A stretch of DNA of 64,000 bases from Eledone cirrhosa (GCA_964016885.1 OZ024751.1:46996001-47060000), one strand, 5' to 3'; counted from the first letter of the stretch, positions 43,487 through 56,808 are shown. The notes: generated from the sequence alone by a model not told the origin. Program-made: numbers and translations.

Positions 43487-43786
43487 CGTGGCTGTGATCA
43501 TGTGGCTGCTATTGTCGTTTAGCCCCAGGTCAGTACTGTGGCTGTGAATGATGTGCTCATGTGTAGAGAGGCTATGAAATAGCTTATATCGTAGAGTGAA
43601 GAACCTTAAAAGATGGAAAAAGAAATTAGCATCGCCCGCCTTGAGGAATCCAACCCCATATCTCCCAGATACCGTTACCTTTTTTTCCTATTTTTCCTAG
43701 TAAATTTATTATCCAAACTTATTAAAATATCCATCTCATCTTTTAATAAAAAAAAGTGTAGTTTGGTTCTTTTGTGTTCGGACCTG

Positions 43787-43871
<85 letters not shown>

Positions 43872-43874
<3 letters not shown>

Positions 43875-44310
43875 CGGCGATGAATTAGTTTTGCGAGGTT
43901 TTTGATATGAAATCGTGTGTCGAAACAATCACGAACACACATCAAACAAAACACTATACACACACGCAAACGCATGCGCAAAGAAAACAAAATAAAATAA
44001 ACTAATGAATAAATATATAAACAGACTAAATAAAGATGGCGTAGAAAATACAATGCAACGGGAGGAAACAATAGCACAACCGACGATGTTGCAGATGTGC
44101 AACGAAAGAACTTTGATAAACTATATATATGTGTTTGTGTCTATATTGTATCTGTATTATTTTTGACCGTTGGTCAGTCAATGGCAACATTGAGGACCGA
44201 ATAAATTAGATTACCGATATAAAAGACACAGAAGCGAAAAGCGAAAACCAACCAAACAGTGAGTGTTTTCTGTTATTAATTCTGGCAATATTACACAAAT
44301 ATGACCCTCC

Positions 44311-44313
<3 letters not shown>
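43872..44313. mobile_element. Element with variant HHR core CCGACGA (44071-44124)
   Basis: CCGACGA-T GTTGCA GATG TGCAAC-GAAAG AA CTT; homologous to 34718-35095. Confidence 0.7.
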
Positions 44314-44350
<37 letters not shown>

Positions 44351-44353
<3 letters not shown>

Positions 44354-44601
44354 TAAATTTAGTCCTTCATCGGTGATCTTCCAGCCTTCATTGGTATTTC
44401 ATCGCTTTAAAGACCATATACCTCTGGTTGGTGCGAGCAACGGCTAAAGAAAGTCGTTGGGACACATAAATAGGGGGAACGAGCGAGACAGTAAACAATC
44501 AAAGATGATAATGCAACGAAAAGTGAGGAAGAAGGAGTCAAGTCCCTGAAATCGATGAACATAAGTTCTGTGAAATCGTGGACGAGACCATACATATAAG
44601 A

Positions 44602-44605
<4 letters not shown>
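44351..44605 (-). mobile_element. Permuted-HHR subfamily 2 copy (44362-44463; core CCGATGA)
   Basis: Homology to 24687-24955. Confidence 0.8.
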
Positions 44606-44660
<55 letters not shown>

Positions 44661-44661
<1 letters not shown>

Positions 44662-44936
44662 GATATTAACAAATGGAAACTATATTTATAAAACCATATT
44701 TATTTCATTATACCAAGTTAATACCAGGATACCAAGTTAAATTATGGTATGCCTTCATCAGACAAAATACAATATATACCAGTTTTATAAATAAACATTG
44801 ACATACCCTTTCAAAATGCAACCGTTACTTTTGGAAGACATCACGATAGTCTACTTCAAATACTTGCTGAGTGCTTTATATCAGTTATAAAAATATTTGC
44901 TTGTTGTATCCCAACAATTTAAATAGAACTTTTGCA
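44661..44936 (-). mobile_element. ~275-bp HHR-family element (HHR disrupted by a small duplication)
   Basis: Shares ends with 13255, 13465, 13558 and 63828; CTGATGAAGGCATACC is present but the GAAA segment is replaced. Confidence 0.75.
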
Positions 44937-45062
44937 TATATATATATATATATATACATATTTCACTGACACACACTGGGTCAGCAAAGAGATGCAACAA
45001 TTTGTGATCATCTGAAAGATCACTTAAAATTGATTTCATTGGAGTTGTCCACAGACACATAT

Positions 45063-45150
<88 letters not shown>

Positions 45151-45153
<3 letters not shown>

Positions 45154-45672
45154 TAAAGTTAGTCCTTCATCAGTGATCTTCCAACCATCATTGGTATTTC
45201 ATCGCTTTAAAGACCATATACCTCCGGTTGGTGCAAGCAACGGCTAAAAAAGTCGTTGGGACACGTAAATAAAGGGGACACCACAGAACTTACGTTCACC
45301 GAATTCACAGACTAGATTCCTTCTTCCTCCCATTAGACCTGTACGGAATTCCTTCCTTGCTCACATTCCAACCAGGTTTGATGGTCTTTATTCTCTCTCG
45401 TTCACGATTTCACCGAACTTATATTCATGTAAATTTGGGACTTGACTCCTTCTTCCTCACTTTTCGTTGCTTCACCATCTTTGTTTGTTTACACTCTCGT
45501 GTCCCCTTTATTTACGTGTCCCAACGACCTTTTTTAGCCGTTGCTCGCACCAACCGGAGGTATATGGTCTTTAAAGCGATGAAATAAGAATGATGGTTGG
45601 AAGATCACTGATGAAGGACTAACTTTATTCATATGTAACCCATTAGCAACCAGGCAGCACGTTTATTCTCAT
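45151..45672. mobile_element. Fold-back pair of permuted-HHR subfamily 2 (45162-45262 -, 45518-45619 +)
   Basis: Inverted arms 45151-45282 / 45499-45630. Confidence 0.85.
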
Positions 45673-45676
45673 ATTT

Positions 45677-45719
<43 letters not shown>

Positions 45720-45721
<2 letters not shown>

Positions 45722-46005
45722 TTTATCCCGGGTTCAATCGGGGGTAACCACAGTAAGTAAGGTACTCAATACAAAGCAGAGTATAAATATTTAATATAGA
45801 AAAGGCTTCTACAGGACTAGAACTGTTTCATTCGGGAGAAATCATCAGGAAGCAGATGTCCAAGTAATATGGTGGTATTTATATCTTTTCTGGTGGTAGG
45901 GGAGGGTGGTGATTGGGAATGGTGGAGGTCATTGGTTGATGGGTTTAAAGAAAAGGGAATTCTTTAAAAACAATATTTAGAGTAACAAAGGCAGAAAGAA
46001 TTTTT
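45720..46005 (-). mobile_element. Family D element with type I HHR (45805-45853)
   Basis: GCTTC-CTGATGA-TTTC TCCC GAAT-GAAACAG..CTGTA-GAAGC. Confidence 0.8.
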
Positions 46006-46043
46006 TTTAATATATATATATTATATATTTTTGTATATATATA

Positions 46044-46242
46044 TGAACGAGTAGGACCCCGACAGCTGAGCTCAAGCCGTTTCGACGGCTAATTCTGGAT
46101 TAGAATGTCCAGAATTAGCCGTCGAAACGGCTTGAGCTCAGCCGTCGGGGTCCTACTCGTTCCTATTACCCACTCTACTACCCTAAGTATTGAGTACTTT
46201 GGTGCGTTATGGTCCACCTGGTTCCTTACCACATTTCCTTCG

Positions 46243-46245
<3 letters not shown>
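46044..46245. mobile_element. Fold-back element family F
   Basis: Palindrome centred at about 46103; GAAAC at 46124, GTC at 46144-46146. Confidence 0.85.
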
Positions 46246-46336
<91 letters not shown>

Positions 46337-46439
46337 GGTATACAAAGATGCAATTCACTTCAAGCACTCGACGTCATATTACTTCTTTAAAACAAGGATG
46401 ACAGAGTATATTTGTAAAGAGGAAAATGCGAAGTTGTAG

Positions 46440-46837
46440 ATGGGATTTGAACTCAGACCGTAAAGGGCTGTAACTCTATGTCACAAAGCAGGTTTTCCGA
46501 CGCTCTACCGATTCTATCAATCCACTGTCAACAAAACAAAAATAATTGTTTCTACTTTTGGCACAAGGCCAGTAATTATTCCAGTGAGTAAAGGGACGTA
46601 AATCTATGCTGAAAAGCATGGCGTCAGACCCTCTACCGATTCTGTCAATCCACTGCCAATAATAATTGTTTCTACTTTTGGCACAAGGCCAGCAATTACC
46701 CCAGTGCATTACTGGTACTTTATTTTATCGACCCCGTAAAGATGAAAGGCAAAGTTAACCTCGGCGGGATTTGAACTCAGAATGGCAAGGGCCGTAACTC
46801 TATACATCAAAGCATGGCGTCCGACCCTCTACCGATA
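46440..46837 (-). mobile_element. Tandem trimer of SINE copies (two partial or internally deleted)
   Basis: Three SINE heads (CTCTACCGAT) at about 46503, 46631 and 46828, with repeated tails. Confidence 0.8.
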
Positions 46838-47914
46838 GCAGCAATAGCCTAAACAACTCTACCCTATCTATTCACACAACAAAAGCTACAACAACTACCA
46901 TAACACCAATAATACCAAAAACGGCAAAAAACAACAACAATAACAATACCAACAGTATCTAAAACAACTCCCCTCTCGACAACAACAACGACAACAAGAA
47001 CAACAACAACGACAACAACAACAACAACAACAACAACGACAACAGCAACAACAAAAACAACGACGACGACGACGACGACGACGTCTTAAAATCAGAGGTT
47101 GACTCCCGACTTGAACCTCAAATTGGCTTTTAGTCAAGTGAACAACTTTTACATCTGGTTTTTGTAAAGAGGAGCAGCTGGACATTATGGTTTTGTCCTT
47201 GTTTCAGGCCCATCCTCACCACCACCACCACCTCCAACAACAACAACAACAACACTACCACCTCCTCCTCCTCCATCATATACCGCCCTCGTCTTCCACT
47301 CTCTCTGGTCAACAAATGACCTGGACATTAAAAGTCAAACACTTAACTTTCCAGTGAAACCAACCTACAACAGAATTACTAAACAGCCATCACTGCCACC
47401 ACCGTCACCACCACCACCACCACCACCGCTACCACCACCACCGTCACCGTCCCTGCCATCAACGCCGCCTCATACCACCACTACCGTTACCACCAGTAGT
47501 AGCACCACCATCATTAATCCACCACCACCACCTCCGCCTCCACCAACACCACCACCAACACTGCCAACACCACTAACACCACCACCTCCACAAACACCGC
47601 CACCAACACTACCACCGCTACCAACACCACCACCTATCTATTCACACAACAAAAGCACCACCAACACCACCACCGCCTCCACCAACACCACCACCACCTC
47701 CACCAACAGCACCGCCACCCTCTCTACCACCACCACCACCACCTCCACCACCACCTACACCAACAACAACCACACCATCGCAATACCATAAAAACCATCA
47801 ACTAACAAACCACCACCATTACCAACTACAACAACACCAACAACAACAACACATACCAAACTCCAACACCACCACTCCAACACACCTCCCTAACCGACGT
47901 CCCCTCCCCCAGTA

Positions 47915-48150
47915 GAGCCTGTAGCACGTGCCAGGCGTCCGATGTGTGTTTTTTTTAGTTGTTATTGTATATATAACCTCACCCTCCCCTTCCCTGTTCA
48001 CTTTCACCCCCCCCCCCCCCCCCCCCCACGCTCACTTTCAATCCTCCTCACACCATCTCTCAACTATTTTTGGCACGAGCCCCACTCGAGCCAACGAAGT
48101 CGCCAGCCTGTACGTGGTCGCCGAACCTGCTAGAGATAGCAGCTAAATAA
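47915..48150. promoter_or_regulatory. Candidate enhancer island with Hes/E(spl) sites
   Basis: TGGCACGTGCTA on the minus strand (47922-47933) and TGGCACGAGC (48071-48080). Confidence 0.45.
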
Positions 48151-48232
48151 CACCGCACTATATTGGATTATTTGGCTTAGGTTTCCATACACTTAGAAAT
48201 ATAAAGATCTTTATATTTATATATATATATAC

Positions 48233-48307
<75 letters not shown>

Positions 48308-48372
48308 TGGTGCTATTAAGTTAGACATGGCCTGGGCCAATACTGGCCGAAACCTATTAAAGTTATCAAAGT

Positions 48373-48416
<44 letters not shown>

Positions 48417-48505
48417 CATATATATATATTTTTTTTTTCCTCTCTTTACGTTGCCTCACCATTCGTGTTTGTTTACCTGTCTCTCTTTCTCCACCCAACT
48501 CTTTT

Positions 48506-48610
48506 TATCCCAATAACTTATTTTAGTTATTGTATCGCCCTAGCCGGAGGTATATGGTTTGTAATGCGAAGAAATACCTATGATGGCTGGTAGACCACTG
48601 ATGACGGATA
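48506..48610 (+). ncRNA. Non-circularly permuted hammerhead-like ribozyme, subfamily 3
   Basis: TATCC/GGATA, CAATAACT/AGTTATTG, TCGC/GCGA, CTAGCC/GGCTGG, AGGTAT/ATACCT, TGGTTTG/TAGACCA; GAA at 48571, CTGATGA at 48598; predicted cleavage after 48554. Confidence 0.7.
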
Positions 48611-48682
48611 GTCCTGGCTTCTATTTCTAATTCTTCATTTTTATATATATCCTATATTGAACAACACAGCTCGCCATTTTTC

Positions 48683-48731
<49 letters not shown>

Positions 48732-48734
48732 TAT

Positions 48735-48792
<58 letters not shown>

Positions 48793-48797
<5 letters not shown>

Positions 48798-49041
48798 GAA
48801 AGTAAAACAAAGAAGCCTTCAATACATCAAAAGTCTTTATTAGCCGACAATGTTTCGTCCTATTAAGGACTCATCAGAGCAATTAAAACAACAAGAAGTA
48901 TTATCGGCAGATACAAGCCGGAAGCTCCGAAGAATATGGAGTGTACATACAGAAAGAGAGACAGGTAAACAAACACGAATGGTGAGGCAACGTAAAGAGA
49001 GGAAAAAATATATATATATATATGCACGCACACACACACAT

Positions 49042-49074
<33 letters not shown>

Positions 49075-49338
49075 ACTTTGAGTGTATGTACACTCCATAT
49101 TCTTCGGAGCTTCCGGCTTGTATCTGCCGATAATACTTCTTATTGTTTTAATTGCCCTGATGAGTCCTTAATAGGACGAAACATTGTCGGCTAATAAAGA
49201 CTTTTGATGTATTGAAGGCTTCTTTGTTTTTCTTTCTTAATTTTTCGGCTCTGTTTAACTGCATTGAGCTATACCTTTTACTGTCATTTCTATAATACGA
49301 AGAGGGTGTTTAACTCCAACACGCTCCAGTATTTTAAC

Positions 49339-49343
<5 letters not shown>
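48793..49343. mobile_element. Fold-back family A element with two HHRs (about 48838-48888 -, 49148-49198 +)
   Basis: Near-identical to 25275-25650; the spacer contains an inverted copy of 48368-48490. Confidence 0.9.
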
Positions 49344-49416
<73 letters not shown>

Positions 49417-49439
49417 ACATATGAATATGTATATATATA

Positions 49440-49490
<51 letters not shown>

Positions 49491-49568
49491 GTCGCACCAC
49501 TGATTCTCCGTTTCTTATGTGATATATATACATACACATATATATATATAAATATATATATATATACA

Positions 49569-49640
<72 letters not shown>

Positions 49641-49917
49641 ATGTGCAGACACATTTCTTTACCTACGTCACATGTCTGATGACAGCTGACCACAATCTTA
49701 CAATCATCACTTTAAACACTCCATTCCTCTAAAGACAGATGACCCCCCCCTTGCCCCCCCCCCCCCACAGATAACAGATGACCATCATTACCACTATCAC
49801 CCCTATCACCACCAACGCCCCTCTACCCTCGATGACAACACCACCTATCATCATCTTTGACCATCGGTCAATAGACACATAAATCAATAAACGACTGTAA
49901 GAGAAGGGTGTAAGCGG

Positions 49918-50240
49918 TGACCATGACGAGGGTAGGGGGCAGAAGCTGACCATGACCAGAGGAGGGGGAGAGAGGCTGACCATGGCGAGGGTAGGGGGCA
50001 GAAGCTGACCATGACCAGAGGAGGGGGAGAGAGGCTGACCATGGCGAGGGTAGGGGGCAGAAGCTGACCATGACCAGAGGAGGGGGAGAGAGGCTGACCA
50101 TGACGAGGGGAGGTGAGAGGCTGACCATGATGAGGGGAGGTGAGAGGTTGACCATGAGCAGAGGAGGGGGAGAGGCTGAAAGACGAGGGGAGGGGGAGAG
50201 AGGCTGAGCAGGAGCAGAGGAGGGGGAGAGGCTGACCGAG
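49918..50240 (+). repeat. 59-bp G-rich minisatellite (two ~30-bp subunits)
   Basis: GACCATG(A/G)CGAGGGTAGGGGGCAGAAGCTGACCATGACCAGAGGAGGGGGAGAGAGGCT three times, then decayed units. Confidence 0.85.
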
Positions 50241-50404
50241 ACGAGGGAGGGGTGGGGGTTAATGAGAGAAGAAGAAAAGAACTGACCACTCGGACACACG
50301 ACATAAGTCTGCTGGATCAAAAGATGGAGGTTTCTAATCTGTATATTTCCAGCTGCTAGGCTTGATGTGGTGGGGGTGGGGGTGGTGACGGTGACGGGGT
50401 AGCA

Positions 50405-50563
50405 GTAACTGTAGTAGTAGTAGTAGTAGTAGTAGTAGGTATAGTAGTAGCTGTAACAGTAGCTGTAGTAGTAGTATTTGTAGTAGTAGCTCTCGTAGCA
50501 GTAGTAGTAGTAGTAGTAGTGGGTATAGTAGTAGCTGTAACAGTAGCTGTAGTAGTAGTATCT

Positions 50564-50614
<51 letters not shown>

Positions 50615-50643
50615 TCAGTAGTAGTAGTAGTAGTAGTAGTATC

Positions 50644-50692
<49 letters not shown>

Positions 50693-50694
50693 TC

Positions 50695-50725
<31 letters not shown>

Positions 50726-50754
50726 TCAGTAGTAGTAGTAGTAGTAGTAGTATC

Positions 50755-50794
<40 letters not shown>

Positions 50795-50816
50795 TCAGTA
50801 GTAGTAGTAGAGCAGC

Positions 50817-50869
<53 letters not shown>

Positions 50870-50915
50870 CAGCAGCAATAGTAGTAGTAGTAGCAGTAGT
50901 AGTAGTAGTAGTAGT
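50405..50915 (+). repeat. (GTA)n microsatellite
   Basis: Directly visible. Confidence 0.95.
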
Positions 50916-51261
50916 ACTCTGTGGTGGCCATACGTCAAACGATTCTTATTGTTATGTTTTGTTTGTTTAACTTTTTCTCCCTCCCACCTCACCCCCCGCC
51001 TCCCCAAAAAAGAAGAAGAAAAAAATCAAGAAAAATAACAAAAAACAAGGACAGAAGATCAAAGAAAAGTGAAAATATATGAATGGGATTGATGTCGAAT
51101 AGTGATTGATTTATTTCTTGTCTGGTCTATTCACCTGAATACCCATCCACCCGACAACTTAGCCTCAACTACAGACACACCTGTGGTCATTTAGCCGGTA
51201 CTCTATGCTTACAGAGCCGTTAGAAAGTCGGATAGAATGCGTTGCGGTAGCCACTCTAACC

Positions 51262-51622
51262 GCGGAGGCAAACCCCCTCGTCTGGGTTGCCACTTGCACC
51301 GACACTTTCTCGAGCCGCAACCCGGTGCAGTCTGCGACTAACCCAGGTTCTGCTTCATGTCGGGCTGAGGAGGGGAAACTCTTCACAAACCCATCGCTCT
51401 CCCGACAGGTTTGCGATCGTACCCTTGGCAGTGGAGACTTCTGTTGTCCTTGGCCCTATGGCTACCTCCCTACTCACCACCATGGGCGCTGAGCTGGCCA
51501 CCAGCCGCAGGTGTAAGCCTCGCGAGTTGGAATGGCTCTTCCAGCGCGTCTTCGTTGCCGTCCTCCGGGGAAACGCCTTCTCCATTCTGTCCGCCGGGGC
51601 TGTAGGGAGGCCACCAATATGA
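51262..51622 (+). pseudogene. 3' fragment of a CRE-like non-LTR retrotransposon (restriction-like endonuclease), frameshifted
   Basis: LVWVATCTDTF...PGSASCRAEEGK, then in another frame FAIVPLAVETSVVLGP...EWLFQRVFVAVLRGNAFSIL, matching the WD.T..DT / AE..K / P.A.ET.G..G / QR.S.A.QRGNA pattern of CRE-clade RLE domains. Confidence 0.7.
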
Positions 51623-51734
51623 TTGACTCACTTGTCATTTTATCATGTACTTTTTACATATCTATATCTGCCTAACACCATATGATGAAAGCAGGTAGCC
51701 TGCTACATCTCTACCACCACCACAACCAAAACCT

Positions 51735-51895
51735 CGGTGAATTGTCAGAGTCGTTAGAAGGTCGGGTAGAATGCCTTGCGGTATTTGTTTCGGCTATCTG
51801 CTCTCTGAGTTCAAATCCCACCGAGGTCAACTTTGCCTTTCGTTTATCCGAGATTGATAAAAAAGAAAAGTAACAGTCTAATACTGGGGTCGATT
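51735..51895 (+). mobile_element. SINE, older diverged copy
   Basis: GAGTTCAAATCCCACCGAGGTCAACTTTGCCTTTC. Confidence 0.75.
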
Positions 51896-51918
51896 CTTCT
51901 TCTATATCTCTAGCTTAC

Positions 51919-51988
<70 letters not shown>

Positions 51989-51991
51989 TCC

Positions 51992-52027
<36 letters not shown>

Positions 52028-52363
52028 ATATATATATATACATATATATCTATCTTTCTCTGGAAAAGATCTGTTGTATTCAGACCTGGAGAGGAGATGG
52101 ACTCTGCCAGGTTTTAAAATGTCTTAGAAGTGCCGCATGATGATGATGATGATGATGACGATGATGATGACGATGATGATGGCGATGATGATGATGATGG
52201 CGATGATTGCGATGATGATGATGATGGCGATGATTGCGATGATGATGATGATGGCGATGATGATGATGAAGTAGAGGAGCCAATATATCAATGTGATATT
52301 TCCAAACTGTCTTATAATGAACCCGTAAAGTGTGATTGGGAGTTATAAGTTGAAGGGGTTAGC

Positions 52364-52880
52364 TAGGTGGGTAGGTGGGTAGGGTGGTAAGTGGGTAGGT
52401 GGGTAGGTGGGTAAGGTGGTGGGTAGGGTGGTAAGTGGGTAGGTGGGTAGGGTGGTAAGTGGGTAGGTGGGTAGGGCGGTAGGTGGGTAGGTAGGGTGGT
52501 AGGTAGGTAGGTAGGTAGGTAGGTAGGTAGGTAGGTAGGTAGGGTGGTAGGTAGGTAGGTAGGTAGGTAGGTAGGTAGGTAGGTAGGTAGGTAGGTAGGT
52601 AGGTAGGTAGGGTGGTAGGTAGGTAGGTAGGTAGGTAGGTAGGTAGGTAGGTAGGGTGGTAGGTAGGTAGGTAGGTAGGTAGGTAGGTAGGGTGGTATGT
52701 GGGTAGGTAGGTAGGTAGGTAGGTAGGTAGGGTGGTAGGTAGGTAGGTAGGTAGGTAGGTAGGTAGGTAGGTAGGTAGGGTGGTAGGTAGGTAGGTAGGT
52801 AGGTAGGTAGGTAGGTAGGTAGGTAGGTAGGGTGGTATGTGGGTAGGTAGGTAGGTAGGTAGGTAGGTAGGTAGGTAGCG
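52364..52880 (+). repeat. (TAGG)n/(GGGTAGGT)n array
   Basis: Directly visible. Confidence 0.95.
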
Positions 52881-53386
52881 TGGGTGGGTAGCGTGGTAGC
52901 AGTGGTGGTTACGGTGGGGGTTGTTATGGTGGTGGTGCTAGTAGTAGTAGTGATGGTGGTGGTGGTGCTAGTAGTGGTGATGGTGGTAGTTCTGCTGTTG
53001 GCTCTGGTGGTTGTGGTGGTGGTTGTGGTAGTAGTGGTGGTAGTGGTTGTGATGGTGGTTGTAGTGGTGCGTGGTGATGGTGGTGGTAGTAGTGGTGTTG
53101 GGGGTGGTTCTGGTGGTGGCTCTGGCGATTGTGGTGGTGCTTGTGGTGGTGCTTGTGGTAGTAGTGGTGGTTGTGGTACTAGAGGTGGTGGTGGCTATAT
53201 AGGTGGTGGTGGTGGTGGTGGTACTGGGGTTGTAACTACCATACAGGTAGTGCTCTCTTCTGAACCATTGACGCTGATCCAAGCATGACTGAGCTCAACT
53301 TTGTCGGTCTGTTCAATGGGCGGGACAAATTGAGTGTCTCGTCTTTAAAGTCTCTTTTACATTCGGATGGTTAAAGCATTAATATC

Positions 53387-53486
<100 letters not shown>

Positions 53487-53920
53487 GTAGGAGGTGAGTT
53501 TTATTGTAGTACAATAAAGCAATGCAGATATCGGATAAGAAGCACTCTACAGTTTGTAGGACTGGAGTATACATAATATATAAGATCAAAAGATGGTTAA
53601 AAGAGTTCCATGTATTTTATTATGCGCATTTCAAAAACAAATATCATCATGCAATAACATTTGTGTTTTTATCAGATAAAATAGGAAGACATGATATGAA
53701 GGTTAAAAAACACTTGTGGATAGTGCAGTTTTAAATCAACATATCATGATATGTTGATTTAAAACTGCACTATCCACAAGTGTTTTTTAACCTTCATATC
53801 ATGTCTTCCTATTTTATCTAATGAAAACACAAATGTTATTGCATGATGATATTTGTTTTTGAAATGCGCATAATAAAATACATGAAACTCTTTTAACCAT
53901 CTTTTGATCTTATATATTAT
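53487..53920. mobile_element. Solo fold-back pLTR of the 14133-16866 Penelope-like family
   Basis: Palindrome centred at ATATCATGATAT (about 53746); both HHR cores carry point mutations (CTGATAA, CTAATGA). Confidence 0.9.
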
Positions 53921-54017
53921 ATATATATATATATATTCATATCTATTTATCTACCTGTCTCTTTGTCTGTCTGTCTGTCTGTCTGACTATCTCCACACAC
54001 ATGCACGCCACACACAG

Positions 54018-54055
<38 letters not shown>

Positions 54056-54201
54056 GAACAGAGTCAGGACCCCAACGGCTGAGCTCCGGCCGTTTCGACA
54101 GCTAGGTCTGACTCTTTTCCTATTACCCACTCTACTACACCAAGTAACGAGTACTCTGGTGCGTTATGGTCCACCTGGTTCCTTACCACACTTCCTCCGT
54201 T

Positions 54202-54267
<66 letters not shown>

Positions 54268-54631
54268 CGTTAGAATATATGGCTTCATTGGAAATTTAAG
54301 ACGCTGGTCTGAGACTTTTACTTCCCTCCGAAGAAGAGATATTATCTCGAAAATTAAGGACATTTAAATAAATTCAAGGTGAAAGACGAATTTTCATCAA
54401 TATCTCTCACTATTGCATTCTTTTTCTATGTCCATATCTGCATTGTCTTGGCCTTATTACACATATTCTAACGTTTATACCTCATTACACAATGCTTCAA
54501 GTGAACTATAACCTCCTCCCATATATATATATATAATACTAGTAATAAGTGGAAAATATATCGCTATAATATCATTATTTATTTCGTTATATATATTTCA
54601 GGGATACTTAGTTACATATCAACAAAGTCTA

Positions 54632-54805
54632 TATCTCAAAAGTTCATAGTAGACTATGAACTTTTGAGATACTCTCGTGGAATGTCCAAATGGGGTTTAT
54701 TTTTCAACATAGTCCCTGGAAAGAAACAATGCAGTTATTAACAAGAAGAGCAGATATTAATGCATGCAACATTTCACAGCTCTAGCATAACTCCTTCATA
54801 GTCAT
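54632..54805 (+). mobile_element. Degenerate relative of the 7471 MITE
   Basis: GATACT.TC.TGGAATG.CCAAAT..GGTTTATTTTT...CCTTCATAGTC is shared; a local hairpin lies at 54633-54672. Confidence 0.55.
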
Positions 54806-55282
54806 TAGAGATGGTCAGTGTTTGATCTAATGTCTGATAGTGTTGGTCACTGTTAGAGCTGCCTGATAGAAGTGGTCAGTCTTGATGTAATGTCTGATAG
54901 AGATGGTCGGTTTCATGTAATGTCTGATAGAATTGGCCTATCTTGATCTAATGTCAGATAGAAGTGGTTACTGTTTGATCTAATGTCTGATAGAGTTGGT
55001 CACTCTTTGAGCTGTCTGATAGAAATGGTCTGTCTTGATGTAATGTCTGATAGACGTGGTCTGTCTTGATGTAATGTCTAATAGAAGTGGTTACTGTTTG
55101 ATCTAATGTCTGATAGAGGAGATCACTCTTTGAGCTGTCTGATAGAAGTGGTCTGTCTTGATGTAATGTCTCAGAAGTGGCCTGTCTTGATCTAATGTCT
55201 GATAGAGGAGGTGGTCATTGTTTGATCTAATGTCTGATAGAAGTGGTTACTGTTTGATCTAATGTCTGATAGAGATGGTCGT
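54805..55282 (+). repeat. ~31-bp minisatellite
   Basis: GTCTGATAGAAGTGGT..TGT.TTGAT.TAAT, about 15 units. Confidence 0.9.
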
Positions 55283-55761
55283 CTCATACCACCTCCACCA
55301 CTCATATATTACTGACTCACTCGCCTTACTCCTACTTCAAACCCATGTCGTGTTCAACATTTTGAGTCACAGTGTGCCTTTACGGGGACCGAAACATAGT
55401 TGACATGGGTTTTGTTGCATGACAAGTTTCAAGAAAATTTCAGGGGAGCAACATAAGGTTCTGTTCCCTGTATTTGTGGATCTGTGAAAGGTTTTTGACA
55501 CAATAAACCGGGATCTTCTGTGGGATGTTCTCAGTGCGTTTCGTTGGTTGCCTGCCCAAGTTCGTGAATCTCCTACGTCAGTTCCAGACGGGTACGATGG
55601 ATTGAATTGTTATTGGAGGTTTGAAATGTGAGCCCTACAGTGTGAAAACATGAGCCAGTGGCGGTTGTGGGCCGGGGATTTTGTAAACGTTCTTTCCAAG
55701 AAAGAAAGGAAGAAATAGAGAAAGGAAGGAAGACGGAATAAAAGAAAGAGTGAAAGAAGGA

Positions 55762-55809
<48 letters not shown>

Positions 55810-55882
55810 ATCACTGTGTAAAAGCTAGTTTTTCATTTGAAGTCTTCGTTGTCGTTGTTAGTTCTGGTCGAGTGACATATTC

Positions 55883-55942
<60 letters not shown>

Positions 55943-55963
55943 TTGGTGGTGGTGGTGGTGGTG

Positions 55964-56014
<51 letters not shown>

Positions 56015-56111
56015 TTGGTGGTGGTGGTGGTAGTGATGGTAGTAGTAGTAGTAGTAGTAGTAGTAGTGTTGGTGGTGGTGATGGTGGTGATGGTGATGGT
56101 GGTGGCGGTGA

Positions 56112-56142
<31 letters not shown>

Positions 56143-56251
56143 GTTGTTGGTGGTGGTGGTGGTGGCGGTGGTGGTGGTAGTAGTAGTTGTAGTAGTAGTA
56201 GTGTTGGTAGTGGTGGTGGTCGTGATGGTGGTGGTGGTCGTGGTCGTGATG

Positions 56252-56320
<69 letters not shown>

Positions 56321-56460
56321 AAAGTAGTAGTAGTAGTAGTAGTAGTGTTGGTGGTGGTGGTGGTGGTGGTGGTGGTGGTGGTGGTAGTAGTATTTGTTGC
56401 TGCTGTTGCTGATGTAGTTGTTGTTGGTGCTAATGTTGTAGTTTCTGTTGTAGTTGTTGT
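55883..56460 (+). repeat. (GTA)n/(GTG)n microsatellite
   Basis: Directly visible. Confidence 0.95.
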
Positions 56461-56709
56461 CTCAGCCATTCGTTGTTGTAAGCGGATATTGGCATATTGT
56501 AGTCTCCTTTCTCTCTCCCCTCTCCCATTTCCCCTCTCTCACCTCTTCCACTTCCCCCTCTCTCCCCTCTTCCACTTCCTTACCTTTCTCCCCTTCTTTC
56601 TGTCTCCCCTCTTTCCCTTCCTCCATCTCTCTCCCCTTCTTCCATCTCCTCCACCTCTCTCTCCTCTCTTTCGTCTCTTCCACCTCTCTCCTCTTATTTC
56701 ACCACCTCC

Positions 56710-56746
<37 letters not shown>

Positions 56747-56775
56747 TCTCTCTCTCCTTCTTTCGCCACCTCCAC

Positions 56776-56808
<33 letters not shown>

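Noticed and set aside
52364-52880. Telomeric repeat
   Set aside because: The unit is TAGG/GGGTAGGT, not TTAGGG or TTAGG.
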